Shown here one piece after another: positions 48,075 to 59,400 of a stretch of DNA of 64,000 nucleotides. The notes under the pieces were generated by a model. It had not been told where the DNA came from. It saw only the letters and a program-made list of their open reading frames with translations, and made no database searches. A program made the translations under genes and the position numbers. Where the stretch lies: positions 17,856,001 to 17,920,000 of the forward strand of contig CM106586.1 of assembly GCA_048013815.1 (NCBI GenBank), read 5' to 3'. The DNA comes from Setoptus koraiensis (taxonomy: Eukaryota > Animalia > Arthropoda). The first letter of the stretch is position 1; every line of letters starts with the position of its first letter.

Positions 48075-49517
48075 TTCCTTCAAACTAAAAATATGCAAAA
48101 TTTGTCCACTAGAGAGAGCTTAGATTACATTGACATGTAGTCTAGCGGTTATAGTCATACTAAGTTGTCATATGAAAGAGTTAATATTCTCAATGTCAAT
48201 AGATTATATGTTAATATCTTGTTTGATTAGTTGTTAGTCCACTAGTAATTGGTATTGCACCTCTTTCCAAACTGTAAAATCTATCACCACTTGTGCGCGA
48301 CTAATCGAGTTAATATTATTATCTTAATGCTCGAGAGATATGCAAATATATAGATTATGTGATGCTGTTATTGGTTGGATGTTGTTGATATATTGGTTAT
48401 AAATGTGTCATGATATTCGGTATTGTCCAAGCTGTTTAGTGCATATGGGGTGTGTGGATTTATATATATATATATGTATATATTATGGTCGATTATTGTT
48501 AAAATATTGCTTGTTTGCTGTTGTTGTTGTTATGTTACTACAACATAATAATAGTAATAATGATGATATTATGTAATAATGATAAATTCTTTTTGACTGG
48601 CTCATCCAGAGATCCTTAGAGCAGCAGTAAAAACAAGATATTATAATAATGAGATAGGCGTTGTTAGATTATTATTATTATTGCATCTGATTTCAAATAG
48701 TATTAATAAATAGTAATTAGCTCATTATAGTAGTCTTATGTATCGTCTTCCCGTATTGCGTCTACATGATGAATCCTGTTGAGTAGAATGATGTCGCCTG
48801 GCTACGTCTACTATAATAAAGAGCTAGCTTTTGTGGCTGCAGATAAGCGATGCAGATAGTTTACCATCAATATTGTTGATGACTAACAACTGTGAAGCTT
48901 GTGTAAACAACAAATTGAGCAGCAATCACAAGCCTATGGTATAGTATTGCTTTGTCATTGATGCAATTTACTGTTTGTCGTGGATTGTTTTGTCGTTTGC
49001 GTTGATTGATGTCAACATTACATTGATAAATAGCAGATATAGATTGTGTGTGTGTGTGTGTGTGTAACTAATGACTTTGGTGTTTATACTAACAGTATAG
49101 TATAGTGTAATGGTGTCTGCACCATTGATGTCGTCGGATGGTGTTTGTCAATAAACTACTTATCAATTGGGGGCACAAATGTGCAGTATTAGTCTGGCTG
49201 CTGCTGGCTGGCTAACAAACGGCAATATAGTATCGGCGTTGTTATTCAGCAATAAATAAATATGTATCTATATATATAAATATTGTTTGTATGTTATTAT
49301 GCATGTAACATATCATGAAAATTCTGGCTAGCCAGGCGTATATATTATTATAAATTATAAATGTGTGTGCGTGTGTCTGCCTGTGTGTCTGTATAATCTG
49401 GCAGAGTCGACGATACTGCGAGTGTGTGACTATGGGCCAGCCCAAATGCGATGACGATGATGCAAAGCTTGCTGTGTGTCGTCGTCTTCGTTGCTTCTTT
49501 AGGTCTATAAAGCCAAG

Positions 49518-49519
<2 letters not shown>

Positions 49520-49572
<53 letters not shown>
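49520..49572. repeat. (CA)n microsatellite within a repeat-rich non-coding island (~48.2-50.9 kb)
   Basis: Direct reading; (GTT)/(GTTGCT)n tract nearby at ~49720-49790. Confidence 0.95.
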
Positions 49573-49577
<5 letters not shown>

Positions 49578-50965
49578 AATCTGCGAATGAATAAGCTGCA
49601 CACACACACACACACTAACATACCATCACAGCAGTGTAACCACAAGCAGTCGGAAGGTAGCAGTTGCAGTGCAGTTGTGGTGCAGTTGTAGTGTACGGTT
49701 GCAGCACTGGCGCAGCCGAGTTGTTGTCGTTGCTGTTGTCGTTGCTGTTGTCGTTGCTGTTGCCGTTGCTGTTGCCGTTGCTGTTGTTGTTGCTGGCGCT
49801 GGCTGTGCCGATGGTGGTAGTGATGGTGGTGGTGAATCTGTAATTTCATTCAGCTAGCGCACCATTTTATCAAAGAGTGTATTTCTAATCTATATTGAAC
49901 GCACACACACAGACGCACACAACTCGCTTGTGAAGAGTGCGCCTGCTTGTCTGCCAGTTCGACGCTCGCCATCGGATGGTTACAGCAGCGGATAGTTACA
50001 GCAGCGGATGGTGTGTGTGTGCGCTAGAGAAGCGCTTCCAAGCGAAATGTTTGCACAGCCATCGCGTTGTGCAGAGGGCGCTACCGAGTTGCTAGTGCCG
50101 AGCCACGACAAGAATGCAGGCCTGTAGACTCTACTAGTCTGCTGTGTAGAGCCCCGTGTGTAGGCGTCAAGCATTCCCAACGTTGTTTACATGGCACTTC
50201 TTCCCCCTTTGTGCAATGTTTGCGCCGCTCATCATGCCGAAAACATCTTTGCACAACAGTCCGCCAGGGGCGCTCACGGAGCACACAATGCGCACCACAA
50301 AGCGACGCGCACAAGGCCAGTGTTGCGGGTAAATGTTTAAGTTTTTCATCCATTCACTTGCCAGTGCACTTGCCAGCGCACTTGCCGGCGCACTTGATTC
50401 ACTTGCTGTCTGCCCTCGTGTCCTGGCAGGCCACCGCTCACAGCGCCGCCCTCGCGGATTCTCTCAGTAAGCATACTTTCGCCAATGGAAATAAATCATA
50501 CAAAACACAGTGCACAATGGACGCGCTTTTCCTGATCGCAATGTGCTGTCAGTCTCACAGCCTGTGCAGTGTGCACGGTGTTTGTCCCAGAGTGAGGTTC
50601 GTATATAGGGTGACAAAGTGTTCGGATATCAAGTGTCCCCACTGAACACACAACGCGCCATTGGTTACTCTGGACCCCAGAGTCCGGGAGGCCAGTCGAA
50701 TGGTAACTTTGGTTCCAATATACAGATCCAGTCTGCTCACATGCTGTCCGCTCGAATGCATTGTGGAGGCCACGCGAACACAAAAAGCGCACAAAACTGT
50801 TAGTTTTGTGCCTTTGCGCAGCACAGAGGGCTCCGTTTTCGTGCTCGGTCATTTGTTTGATCCCTGTACCCTTCGATGATGATATTCACCTAACCTGATT
50901 ATTGTTGTTATTGAATTTACATCCACCATTATTGTTATTGTGTGTCACCAATATCCTCACCAATC

Positions 50966-51736
50966 ATGACCCCAGAGCCAACTAAGACAGAGCCAACTAA
51001 GAAAAACGATTGGTGGCGTGACGATCCCTCAGATCCGTCTAGATTTTCCCTTCAAGAGGTCGGATACAGCACCTCTATTAACAGGGCAGACGTAGAACCA
51101 TGGACTAGGATAGGAGTGCAGCCGAAAAATGATGAAGAACGCGATTGGAGAGGAGTGAGGAGGAAGGACATAAGAGTATTGCCTATGCCCGAAGAACTAA
51201 AGGATCTTGATGAACCGTATAAAAGAGGATATTTCTTGTTTGACACACCAGACTATACAGATCCATTCGCCAAGTTGTGGTGGACCCTTAAATATTCTTT
51301 TATTGGTAGCGTTGGCCTCTACACTGGGTGTGTTGGTACAGGCATCGTTTACACCAAAAGCTTGCCCAAGTTTGTGGCAAAGTACACACTATACTCCGTA
51401 GGAGTATGTATGATAACATCATCAACAGCGATTTTAGCTTCTCATTTAAGAGGAAAGAAAGACGATTGGCTCAACTGGTCGACGGGTGCATTTATGTCTG
51501 CACTTTGGTTGGGAAACATGCACGGCTGGCCAGCCTGGTGGAAAATGTGCTTTTACGGAATGCCTGCTGCTGCCATCGTTAAAGTCTCCAATCTAGATTT
51601 TTTGCCTAAGAAAGATATTAGAAAATACAGAATCACTGGCCTTTACGGATACAGCGGTGACCAGGGATGGCAAAGTGGTGATTTCAGATTTGGTGTTACA
51701 AGAAATTTTGTTGAACGAGCTAGAAGACAAATATAG
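50966..51736 (+). CDS. NDUFA11: Mitochondrial complex I subunit NDUFA11 (Tim17 family), intronless, with N-terminal extension
   Basis: FDTPDYTDPFAKLW followed by TM helices and RGKKDDWLNWSTGAF, matching the R-x-K-DD-x-LN motif. First ATG at 50966; AATAAA at 51789. Confidence 0.8.
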   Translation: MTPEPTKTEPTKKNDWWRDDPSDPSRFSLQEVGYSTSINRADVEPWTRIGVQPKNDEERDWRGVRRKDIRVLPMPEELKDLDEPYKRGYFLFDTPDYTDPFAKLWWTLKYSFIGSVGLYTGCVGTGIVYTKSLPKFVAKYTLYSVGVCMITSSTAILASHLRGKKDDWLNWSTGAFMSALWLGNMHGWPAWWKMCFYGMPAAAIVKVSNLDFLPKKDIRKYRITGLYGYSGDQGWQSGDFRFGVTRNFVERARRQI

Positions 51737-51817
51737 AGATCTAAGTCATTGTAGAGAAAGTAGATTGGCGCATTCATTTAGGGCCCTAAATAAAAGATTG
51801 ATGTTTATGGACAACTA

Positions 51818-53047
51818 CTAACTTTTAAATCTAGCATTCATCCACGACTCGTCGACAAATTTCGTCATGTAGTTTCTGACACCATCTGGTAGGATCACAA
51901 CCAAACGATCACCCGAACCTAAATTCAAATCTTTAGCAGCTTTAAGAGCACTCGACATGGCCGAACCAGATGAGCCACCACAAAGTAGACCTTCCGTTGC
52001 GATCAATTGTCTAGCCACTATGAAAGACTCTTCATCTCGTGTCTTGTACCATTTATCAACCAACAGTCTGTCCAGAACAGTTGGAATGAAATCATATCCG
52101 ATACCCTCCACCTGATATACGGCTTCATGAGGTTCATGTTTGTTCATTTCTTCCGGCTGAGCTAATATCGAGCCGACTGGATCTACACCAACAATTTTAC
52201 AGTTCGGTAGCCTTTCTTTGATTTTGCGAGCTATTCCTGTCAGTGTACCTGTATGAGATGGTGAAAAAAATTTCTCAACTAGCATTATATTTTGTCACAA
52301 ATCACAGTGCGAAATTATTCATAAATCAACTGGCAAGCTTGTCTTACCTCCAGTGCCAGCACCGATAACTATGGCGTCCAATTTGTTGTCACATGCATCA
52401 AGTATTTCCTCTGCGGTCAAATCATAGTGCGCCATAGGATTACCGGGGGCTCTATACTGATTCAAGATGATGGATTTTTCGATTTGCTTGCTCAGTTGGA
52501 TGGCCTTATTGATATGGGAATTGTCATCGGTGTAGGCAGCCTCTGTGGGAGTGCGAACTATCTCAGCACCTAGAGCCTTGAGTATGAACACCTTCTCATT
52601 ACTCATTTTTTCAGGCATCACTATGATGCAACGATAACCCCTGACAGCTGCCGCCATCGCCAATCCAATACCAGTATTGCCTGATGTTGGCTCTATCAAA
52701 GTGTAACCGGCGTGCGGTTTGATTTTGCCGTCGCGTTCGGCATCCTCGACCATCCTGAGCGCTATACGATCTTTGACACTGCCTCCCGGATTTAAGAATT
52801 CACATTTCGCTACAAGCTCACACTGGATATTGTATTTTTTGGCCAGATTGCTCAAACGAACCAGTGGCGTCTGGCCAATACATTGAAGAATGTTGTCATG
52901 GATAACATTTGATCTACTCCTGGCTTCAAAATGCTGATGGGGATCTTGAACACTGGCCTGTTTCCCTAGCGACCAAGTGCATCGTGAGGGCCAGCCAACG
53001 GCCTCACTGCACATGTTTGGATCACGGCTTTCGTCCGTTGATGTCAT
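51818..53047 (-). CDS. CBS: Cystathionine beta-synthase, 376 aa; join(complement 53047..52348, 52248..51818)
   Basis: Heme motif PSRCTW...PH, PLP lysine motif [22 protein letters not shown] 99-nt phase-1 intron joins [14 protein letters not shown]. Also [13 protein letters not shown] and RNYMTKF. Stops immediately after the catalytic core. Confidence 0.95.
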
Positions 53048-53649
53048 TCTGGCTCTTTCTGACTTATTATGAAAGTGCTATTAGATAATTGAGTATGATT
53101 GATACAAGTTTGTTTGAGCAACTATCTTCACAGGTACACCTTTCCACATTTACAACCTGTTAGAAGCGCCAGATTCGAACAATAGGCGAGGCCACCTCGC
53201 GCGGGAGTACCTCCCAGCTCCCATTCGGGAGGTTGCCCTCTCCAACTGCATCGATCACTACTAGTCATTCACTAGGGAGGTAGAGGCTCTGTCCCGTATA
53301 AACGGAAGCGGGGAGACGTGAACGAGGAGGTGCAATCGTCTCGACCACTAGTGAGGCATCATCTCCCGCCTGTTGCTTTCCACCGTGGGAAATGGTCAGA
53401 GAGGTGCCTTTTTGAACTGAAATCTTTCGATTTACAAAGTAAAGTCTCAGGTATGCGACATTCAGAGGGAACTGAAAGGCGATCTGATACAGATTTCTCG
53501 TGATAAATTTATGAAGAGATTGTATTAAGATTTATTGTAGACATGATTAAAATGATATAAATAAAAACAAGAGAAATGTACACGACTTTTTTGCTCATCC
53601 GGGAGCCTTTGTGGAGCTGTCAGATTGGCCTTGACAGGGGGGCTATAAC

Positions 53650-54237
53650 TTAACCAGTTATAAATCTCGTGATGGGATTCAACATTATGTTGGCGGCAAG
53701 GTTGTCCGACATGCTGGGCTGACTTTCTTCTTTGTTGTCGAACTGCTTGTTACTCGACTCATAGTAGTCTTCTGCTTTATCGCAGGGCACTGTCAGATAT
53801 TCGTGTTTGACACAGTTCAGGTCGCCCTGATCGAAATATGTGTCCTCTAGACACAAATATGACACCCTCTGATAGGCTGGTTCGCCGAAAGTTTCCATCA
53901 TTGAACAAAAGTGATAGATCTTACAATCGAGTTTGGTGTCGGCGTAATATCCCAAATCGCGACCATAACAACTGAATGTTGACGTATTCAAGTATGATGA
54001 CGGCTCAAAATATGCCTCAGTGGTGGTGGTGCTGGTAGTTGAGGGTGTTGTGCTGGCGTCCATGGCGATATTGGCGTTTCCGGCTGGTTCAGTGGACGGT
54101 GTAATCATGTTACCGGTTGGGTCGTCCTCGACGAAGACATGCGGTTCTACTACTACAGTCCTGTTAGCCGGAGCGCTGAATATTGATGCAACAAGATGGG
54201 CAAAGAGGATAATTTGTAATAGGGCTGGGGCTGACAT
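53650..54237 (-). CDS. Secreted chitin-binding type-2 (peritrophin-A/CPAP1-like) protein
   Basis: Signal peptide from Met 54237 (MSAPALLQIILFAHLVASIFS), T/S-rich linker, and six-Cys ChtBD2 pattern (FSCYGRDLGYYADTKLDCKIYHFC...YLCLEDTYFDQGDLNC...VPC). Confidence 0.9.
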   Translation of the reverse strand: MSAPALLQIILFAHLVASIFSAPANRTVVVEPHVFVEDDPTGNMITPSTEPAGNANIAMDASTTPSTTSTTTTEAYFEPSSYLNTSTFSCYGRDLGYYADTKLDCKIYHFCSMMETFGEPAYQRVSYLCLEDTYFDQGDLNCVKHEYLTVPCDKAEDYYESSNKQFDNKEESQPSMSDNLAANIMLNPITRFITG

Positions 54238-56442
54238 GATGGCGACAAATAAGTCAGTATATGAATTACATTGAATGTCTCGGGTGGGCAAGTGATAGAA
54301 CGAGTGTAGATGACAATGATGACGACTTTGTGCCGCTTATATATTGGCCAGACTCGCGAGTCACTCGTTGAAAATTTGGAATTGAAGCGCCTCTTGCGCC
54401 GAAATGCACACACGAGCATCCGGCTTGGAACGGGTTGCTCATGCGGAGCGTGAAGCGATCAAAAAAAGAAAATATTTTATGAAACAGCCTGCATTGGAGT
54501 GCACGCTGTTCAACGACGTTAGCGCTTCTGGTGGATTTTGTTCGAAGCTGCGTACGGTCATTGAAAAATGGTCACACTGTGGACCAAGTGCAAGCGCAAG
54601 AATTTGCCAGAAAATCGGCACGTTTGCGGGTTACTTCGATAATATCCAATGGACATTGAGATCGATTGCGATAATCTCACAATAGTCATACGATTGTCAG
54701 ACAGCAACAGATGAGCACTCACAACTGTCAAGCGACAAATGAGCCGAAAAACAATAAATTACGGGCGGAGAGTTGTGTTGGCACTCGATTTGTACCATAT
54801 GAGTTGCGTCACGAGTTGTCGGTGACAGCTCGAAGGCCACAAGTTTTAAAACAAGGTGATTTCAAGATTGACATGAGCATCGCCAATTGACGGTTAGTAT
54901 GCTAACGATGCTGCTTACGTAATGTGTCAGCTGTGGCAAGTGGGGCGAAAATGGCGAAATGGCAAAATGGCGAAATGGCAAAAATCGTCAGGCTTGCCTT
55001 GTGGGGTTGCGACATGTGCGATAACGGTAAACTTCGTTTTGACACAACACAGCAAGTGTTGTTGTCGTGAGCCAGACGATAGCTGGCAGGGGAAAGGAGT
55101 GGACAGCAACACTGTTGCACTGTTGCGCAAGTGGGACGTTCTTCGCGTTCTTTTTCGACAAAACTTTTTCGCCTATTGTATGTACATTTGTGCGCTGACA
55201 CTCGTTATCGATTTGTTGTGCAACCGCTAATGATGACAAGCTCTTCTTAGTTAGAAGTTCTAACAAGACAGTGTGTTGTAAGACAGAGCTCCTTGCCAGT
55301 GTCCAATCCATGGAACAGTGCGAAAAATCGCCCGAGCCAGCGAGATATTGTTACCACAGTGTTAGACAGTGTTAGACATTGTTGTTCAATGTAAAAGTGT
55401 GTGCAAGCGAAAAAAGTTCAAAGACACACAATGTGATGTGACACCAATGTAATCAACGACCCTTCGACACTCGCCGAACCGCTATTGGGTGCCACTGTTT
55501 GCTACATAATTCCAGAGTTCCTACCGACATAGGCAGCCATTATCGTTGCTGTAGCAGCGGCGGCCCGAAACAGCCCGCCGAAACGGCACCAAAACAACAC
55601 CGAAACAGCACCGAAAATAGCCGATAGCCAACAAGAGAGATGCACTCATCCAAGAATTAGAAGAACATCCATTGCATCAGAGCGAAAAAACGCAGCGAAC
55701 AACAATTACAAACTACTGTTAGCTGGTCTATTTCTTGAGCTCGTCACAAGTGCTGCAACAAGCGGCTGCAGCGACCAAACAAGAGCAACAACAACAACAA
55801 CAACAACAACAACAAACGGCCAATTCCTTCTCCGCTGCAAATTTTCACCCACAGCTTGTTCTTTTAAATCTTGCCATTTAAGTCTTGCTATTAGTTTGCT
55901 GTTAGTTTGCCATTGTCAACGTATCGCACTGCTAAATATAGATCGGAGCGGCGATACCGGCGTCTTAGTCTGTTTGAGTTAACTTTGTTTAGCGTTGCCC
56001 GACGGTGCGTTGCGCAACTGTCTAATCGAGAGTGATCTAGTTGGCCTCGGCGGCGGGTTCACAGCCAGCCAGCCAGCCAAAGTGTTGGCAGCCGGAGCCG
56101 GCAATTGAGTGCGCCAGCAGCATTAACAACAAGTCAAGTCCGCTTTGGACTCATCAGCAACAATCATCATGGCAGCGGATACGGCAGCAAACAGCGAGAC
56201 GTTTACAGGAGCTCAGCAGCAACAGCAGCTCATTAGAGAAGAAGAATTGTCTCAAAATGTTGCCAATAGGCGTATATTAGCCAACATGACAGCTAGTGCT
56301 AATTATTTGTTGTGCAGCCAGCACGTAACATATGAGTGTGACATGACAGTAGTGACAGTTATATCGCAATTACAAATCAAATCAATCATTGCATCATTTC
56401 GTGTGTCCCGCCGGGTGAATCCATCGTTCAGCGCAACGCGCA

Positions 56443-59400
56443 ATGTCTACAATAGCAAGCAACAAGATCACATCAGCGGGCAGATTAGTGAATGACGAGC
56501 TCGCCAACAAATTGATAAATTGTCGCCAGATAAATCCAATAAGTCAATTAAATCCAACAGGCCCGTTGAATCAAATAAACGCAATAAATCATACGCACAC
56601 CAACAGATCGCAACAATCAACAAATCATCAGCAAGCCATAGATAGACCGAGTGTCCGAAAAGCGTCGCTTGAGCCCGGCAAGAGCCAAGAGGACGATAAA
56701 TCCGCCAAGAAAAGCCATTTGCATCACCTGTATCAACTGAGAAAATTGCAGCAGCAGCATCAGCGACAGGCCGGCCTGCACGATCAGCTCGAGGAGCAGT
56801 CCGACGCGAGTTGCCCAGACCAGAATAGCGACAATAATAGCACAACTGGCAACAATACCAGTTGCAACAACCACAACCCAATTGCAGCAGCAACACACCA
56901 CCAAAACGATACTCACAACAACAGCCACCCAAATATCGCACAAGATTCCGTGATTCCGTGCGACAGAACACACAACGGTGCCCATTCGAACAACAAACGA
57001 ACGCCTGACAGCAGCAAACGCCAGCAGCCCCCTTCCGGTCCGCATCTAGCTCCGCCGCCGCCCCCTCCGCCTCCTCCGCCGCCGGCGACCTGGCTTGCGG
57101 CAGCCGTTTCAACTTCGTTTGCAGCGCCCCCCGCAGCGCCCACACAAATCGCCCAAAAGTTGGCTTGTCCGAGCCACACCGACAGCACCGAAGCGATGGC
57201 GCCCTCGTCGCGGTCCTCGTTTGCGCGCGACTCGTCGGCCCCATCAGTGCACAGTTCGTCGCAGCAGCATATTATCGGTCATCAGCGGGTGCCGTCGAGC
57301 GGCAGCCGGCAGCACGGCCCGTATCACACCAACACCAACACTCAACCAATCAATCATCACATCCAGCAGCAGCAATTCATGCCGGCCCACATGCCGGCCC
57401 GAGGCTCGCCGGGCCAGCATCACAGGGATAATTTATTCGGTCAGCAGCCCGTGAGAGACAGGCTCGAGCACTCGCATCAGCTAGGCACCAATTATCAGCG
57501 AGGCAGCCAGCCAAGACAGGCGGTCGGCAGCGTAACTAACGCGGCCGGTCCAGCAGTGCACACTGGGCGCCAAATTATGGCCGCCAACCATTCGGCGGCG
57601 GCGGCGCCCCAATTTGGGGGCGAGCTGGTGCCGGCGTGCAGAAGTATGCAGCCTCACGTGGGCCATTTGGCGCATCACTCGCACCACTTTCACAATCATC
57701 ACAGCCACCACAACCATGTTGTGGGCCACAGCGGCCAGTGCAAGCACCGCCGACCCATGAGCCAGCAGCACGTGATGCACACCACGGGCTGCTGCCGGCT
57801 TGCCGGCGAAACAACGAGTCGCGCCGTGATGAGCTGCTCCAAGTCGGACAATCAGAGCGAAATATCCGCTGCCTGCGCGCATCGCCACAACAACAACAAC
57901 AGCAACAACAACAACAGCAACCTGAGGATGCAGCATCAGCCTAGTCAGAGGCAACAGCTCGACGTGATGACAACAACGACCAACAAATCGAAAGTGTCGT
58001 CGCGCTCAAACAAAACATCGCATCTGTCAAATCAAAACGACGAGCCAGACGACGACAGTGTCGACGGCGAGCTCGATGACAACAACGACACCAACAACAA
58101 CGACCACGATCACGACATCGACGACAGCAGCAGCGCCAACGAAGACGACCGTGTCGACAATGTAAATGTCGACGACATAGATGCCAACGACAACACAATC
58201 AGGCAAGCGCCCGTTAGACGACACAATAGTCACAGAAATGACGCAACAACACAAAAAAGGCAGCAGCATCAGCAGCAGCATTTGAATAGCAGCAAAAATG
58301 AATTGATTGACGAGCAGCATCAATTGTGCAGCGTGAACCGGCCCCATCACACAAAGAGGCAATTGATTAGAGAGGCAGCCATTGTTGCAACAACAACAAC
58401 AACAACAGCAGCGCCAACAACAGCGACGGTGGCTGCGGCAGCCAGGGGCAGCCTGCAACAGGTGAGACAGGTGACGGGCAACAAGCACAACAAGCACAAT
58501 CAAAATAACGGTAACATAATTAGAACGAAGCAACCACACAAGCACTACCTGTTGGAGGGTGCCTGCGGTAACAGCAACAATAAGTTATTTGCTGGCCACA
58601 ACAACAACAACAACAGCAGCAGCAGCAACAATAATAGTCAAGTGCACAATAGTCAGCCCAGTCAGAGTCACAATGCGAGCCACCACAAAGGTTTCAATGC
58701 TCGCTTTGCATCCCAATTGTACCTGTTGCTGCATGTGTCCATAACATTGTCATTAATTTATTACAGCGACCTCGGCGGCAGCCCCGCCAACTACTCGGGT
58801 AAGTCTAGCTCGCCATCCAACTTTCCGTCTAACGTTTTCTGGCGTCATCCGACCCCATCTAGCGTCATCTAATGTCATCTAATGTCATCTTGTGTCATCT
58901 TGCGTCACCTTGCATCGTCTTGCGTCATCTTTTGTGTCGGCCAGCGCCGGGCCTGCACAAGAGCCTGCTTAGGGAGGCCAACTACGAGATAGTGCTCGCC
59001 AGCAGCAACCAACATCCGGTTCGGGTGGCGCCAAACTATTTGCCCGCGCCCTCGCTGCTGGTGGGCGGCCGCTTGCCGGCAGCCGCACCGCAAACCATAA
59101 CCATGAGCCAATCGTCGCCGCAAACAACAACAATCAAGCTAGACAAGAGGCCGGCCATTTCTTCCGTAGTCAAGTCGTCGATATGGTCGCCCGCTCCATC
59201 CGATGCCAACCACAGCAGCCAACAACAGCACACAACGCCGGGCCAGAAAAGTCGCCACAATCGCAGCCTAGTGACCGGCCCCTCCAACAGGTTGGACGGC
59301 GAGCAGCAGCAGCAGCAGCAGCTTGTGCAATTGTTGAGCAATCCCTTTTACTCTAAAAACCTCATCCACTATTACATAAGCTACTTGTTGTGCACGTCGA

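Noticed and set aside
49624-49849. His/Gln-rich minus-strand ORF with GTATGT donor as first exon of the TPR-Tudor-BAH gene
   Set aside because: It ends in phase 1, while the acceptor at 48085 needs phase 2; the composition is explained by microsatellites. Not excluded as a UTR exon.
50067-50879. Cluster of 60-190 aa ORFs upstream of NDUFA11
   Set aside because: Mutually overlapping and Cys/Arg-rich with no recognisable motif; treated as non-coding.
40062-50896. CTAACCT (40062) and ACCTAACCT (50888) as TTAGG telomerase RNA templates
   Set aside because: Matches this short are expected by chance in 64 kb; both sit close upstream of protein genes, and the second also fits a branch point.
51818-53047. 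Horizontally acquired bacterial cysteine synthase/beta-cyanoalanine synthase as known from spider mites
   Set aside because: The N-terminal heme motif, a spliceosomal intron and CBS-specific motifs indicate native animal CBS.
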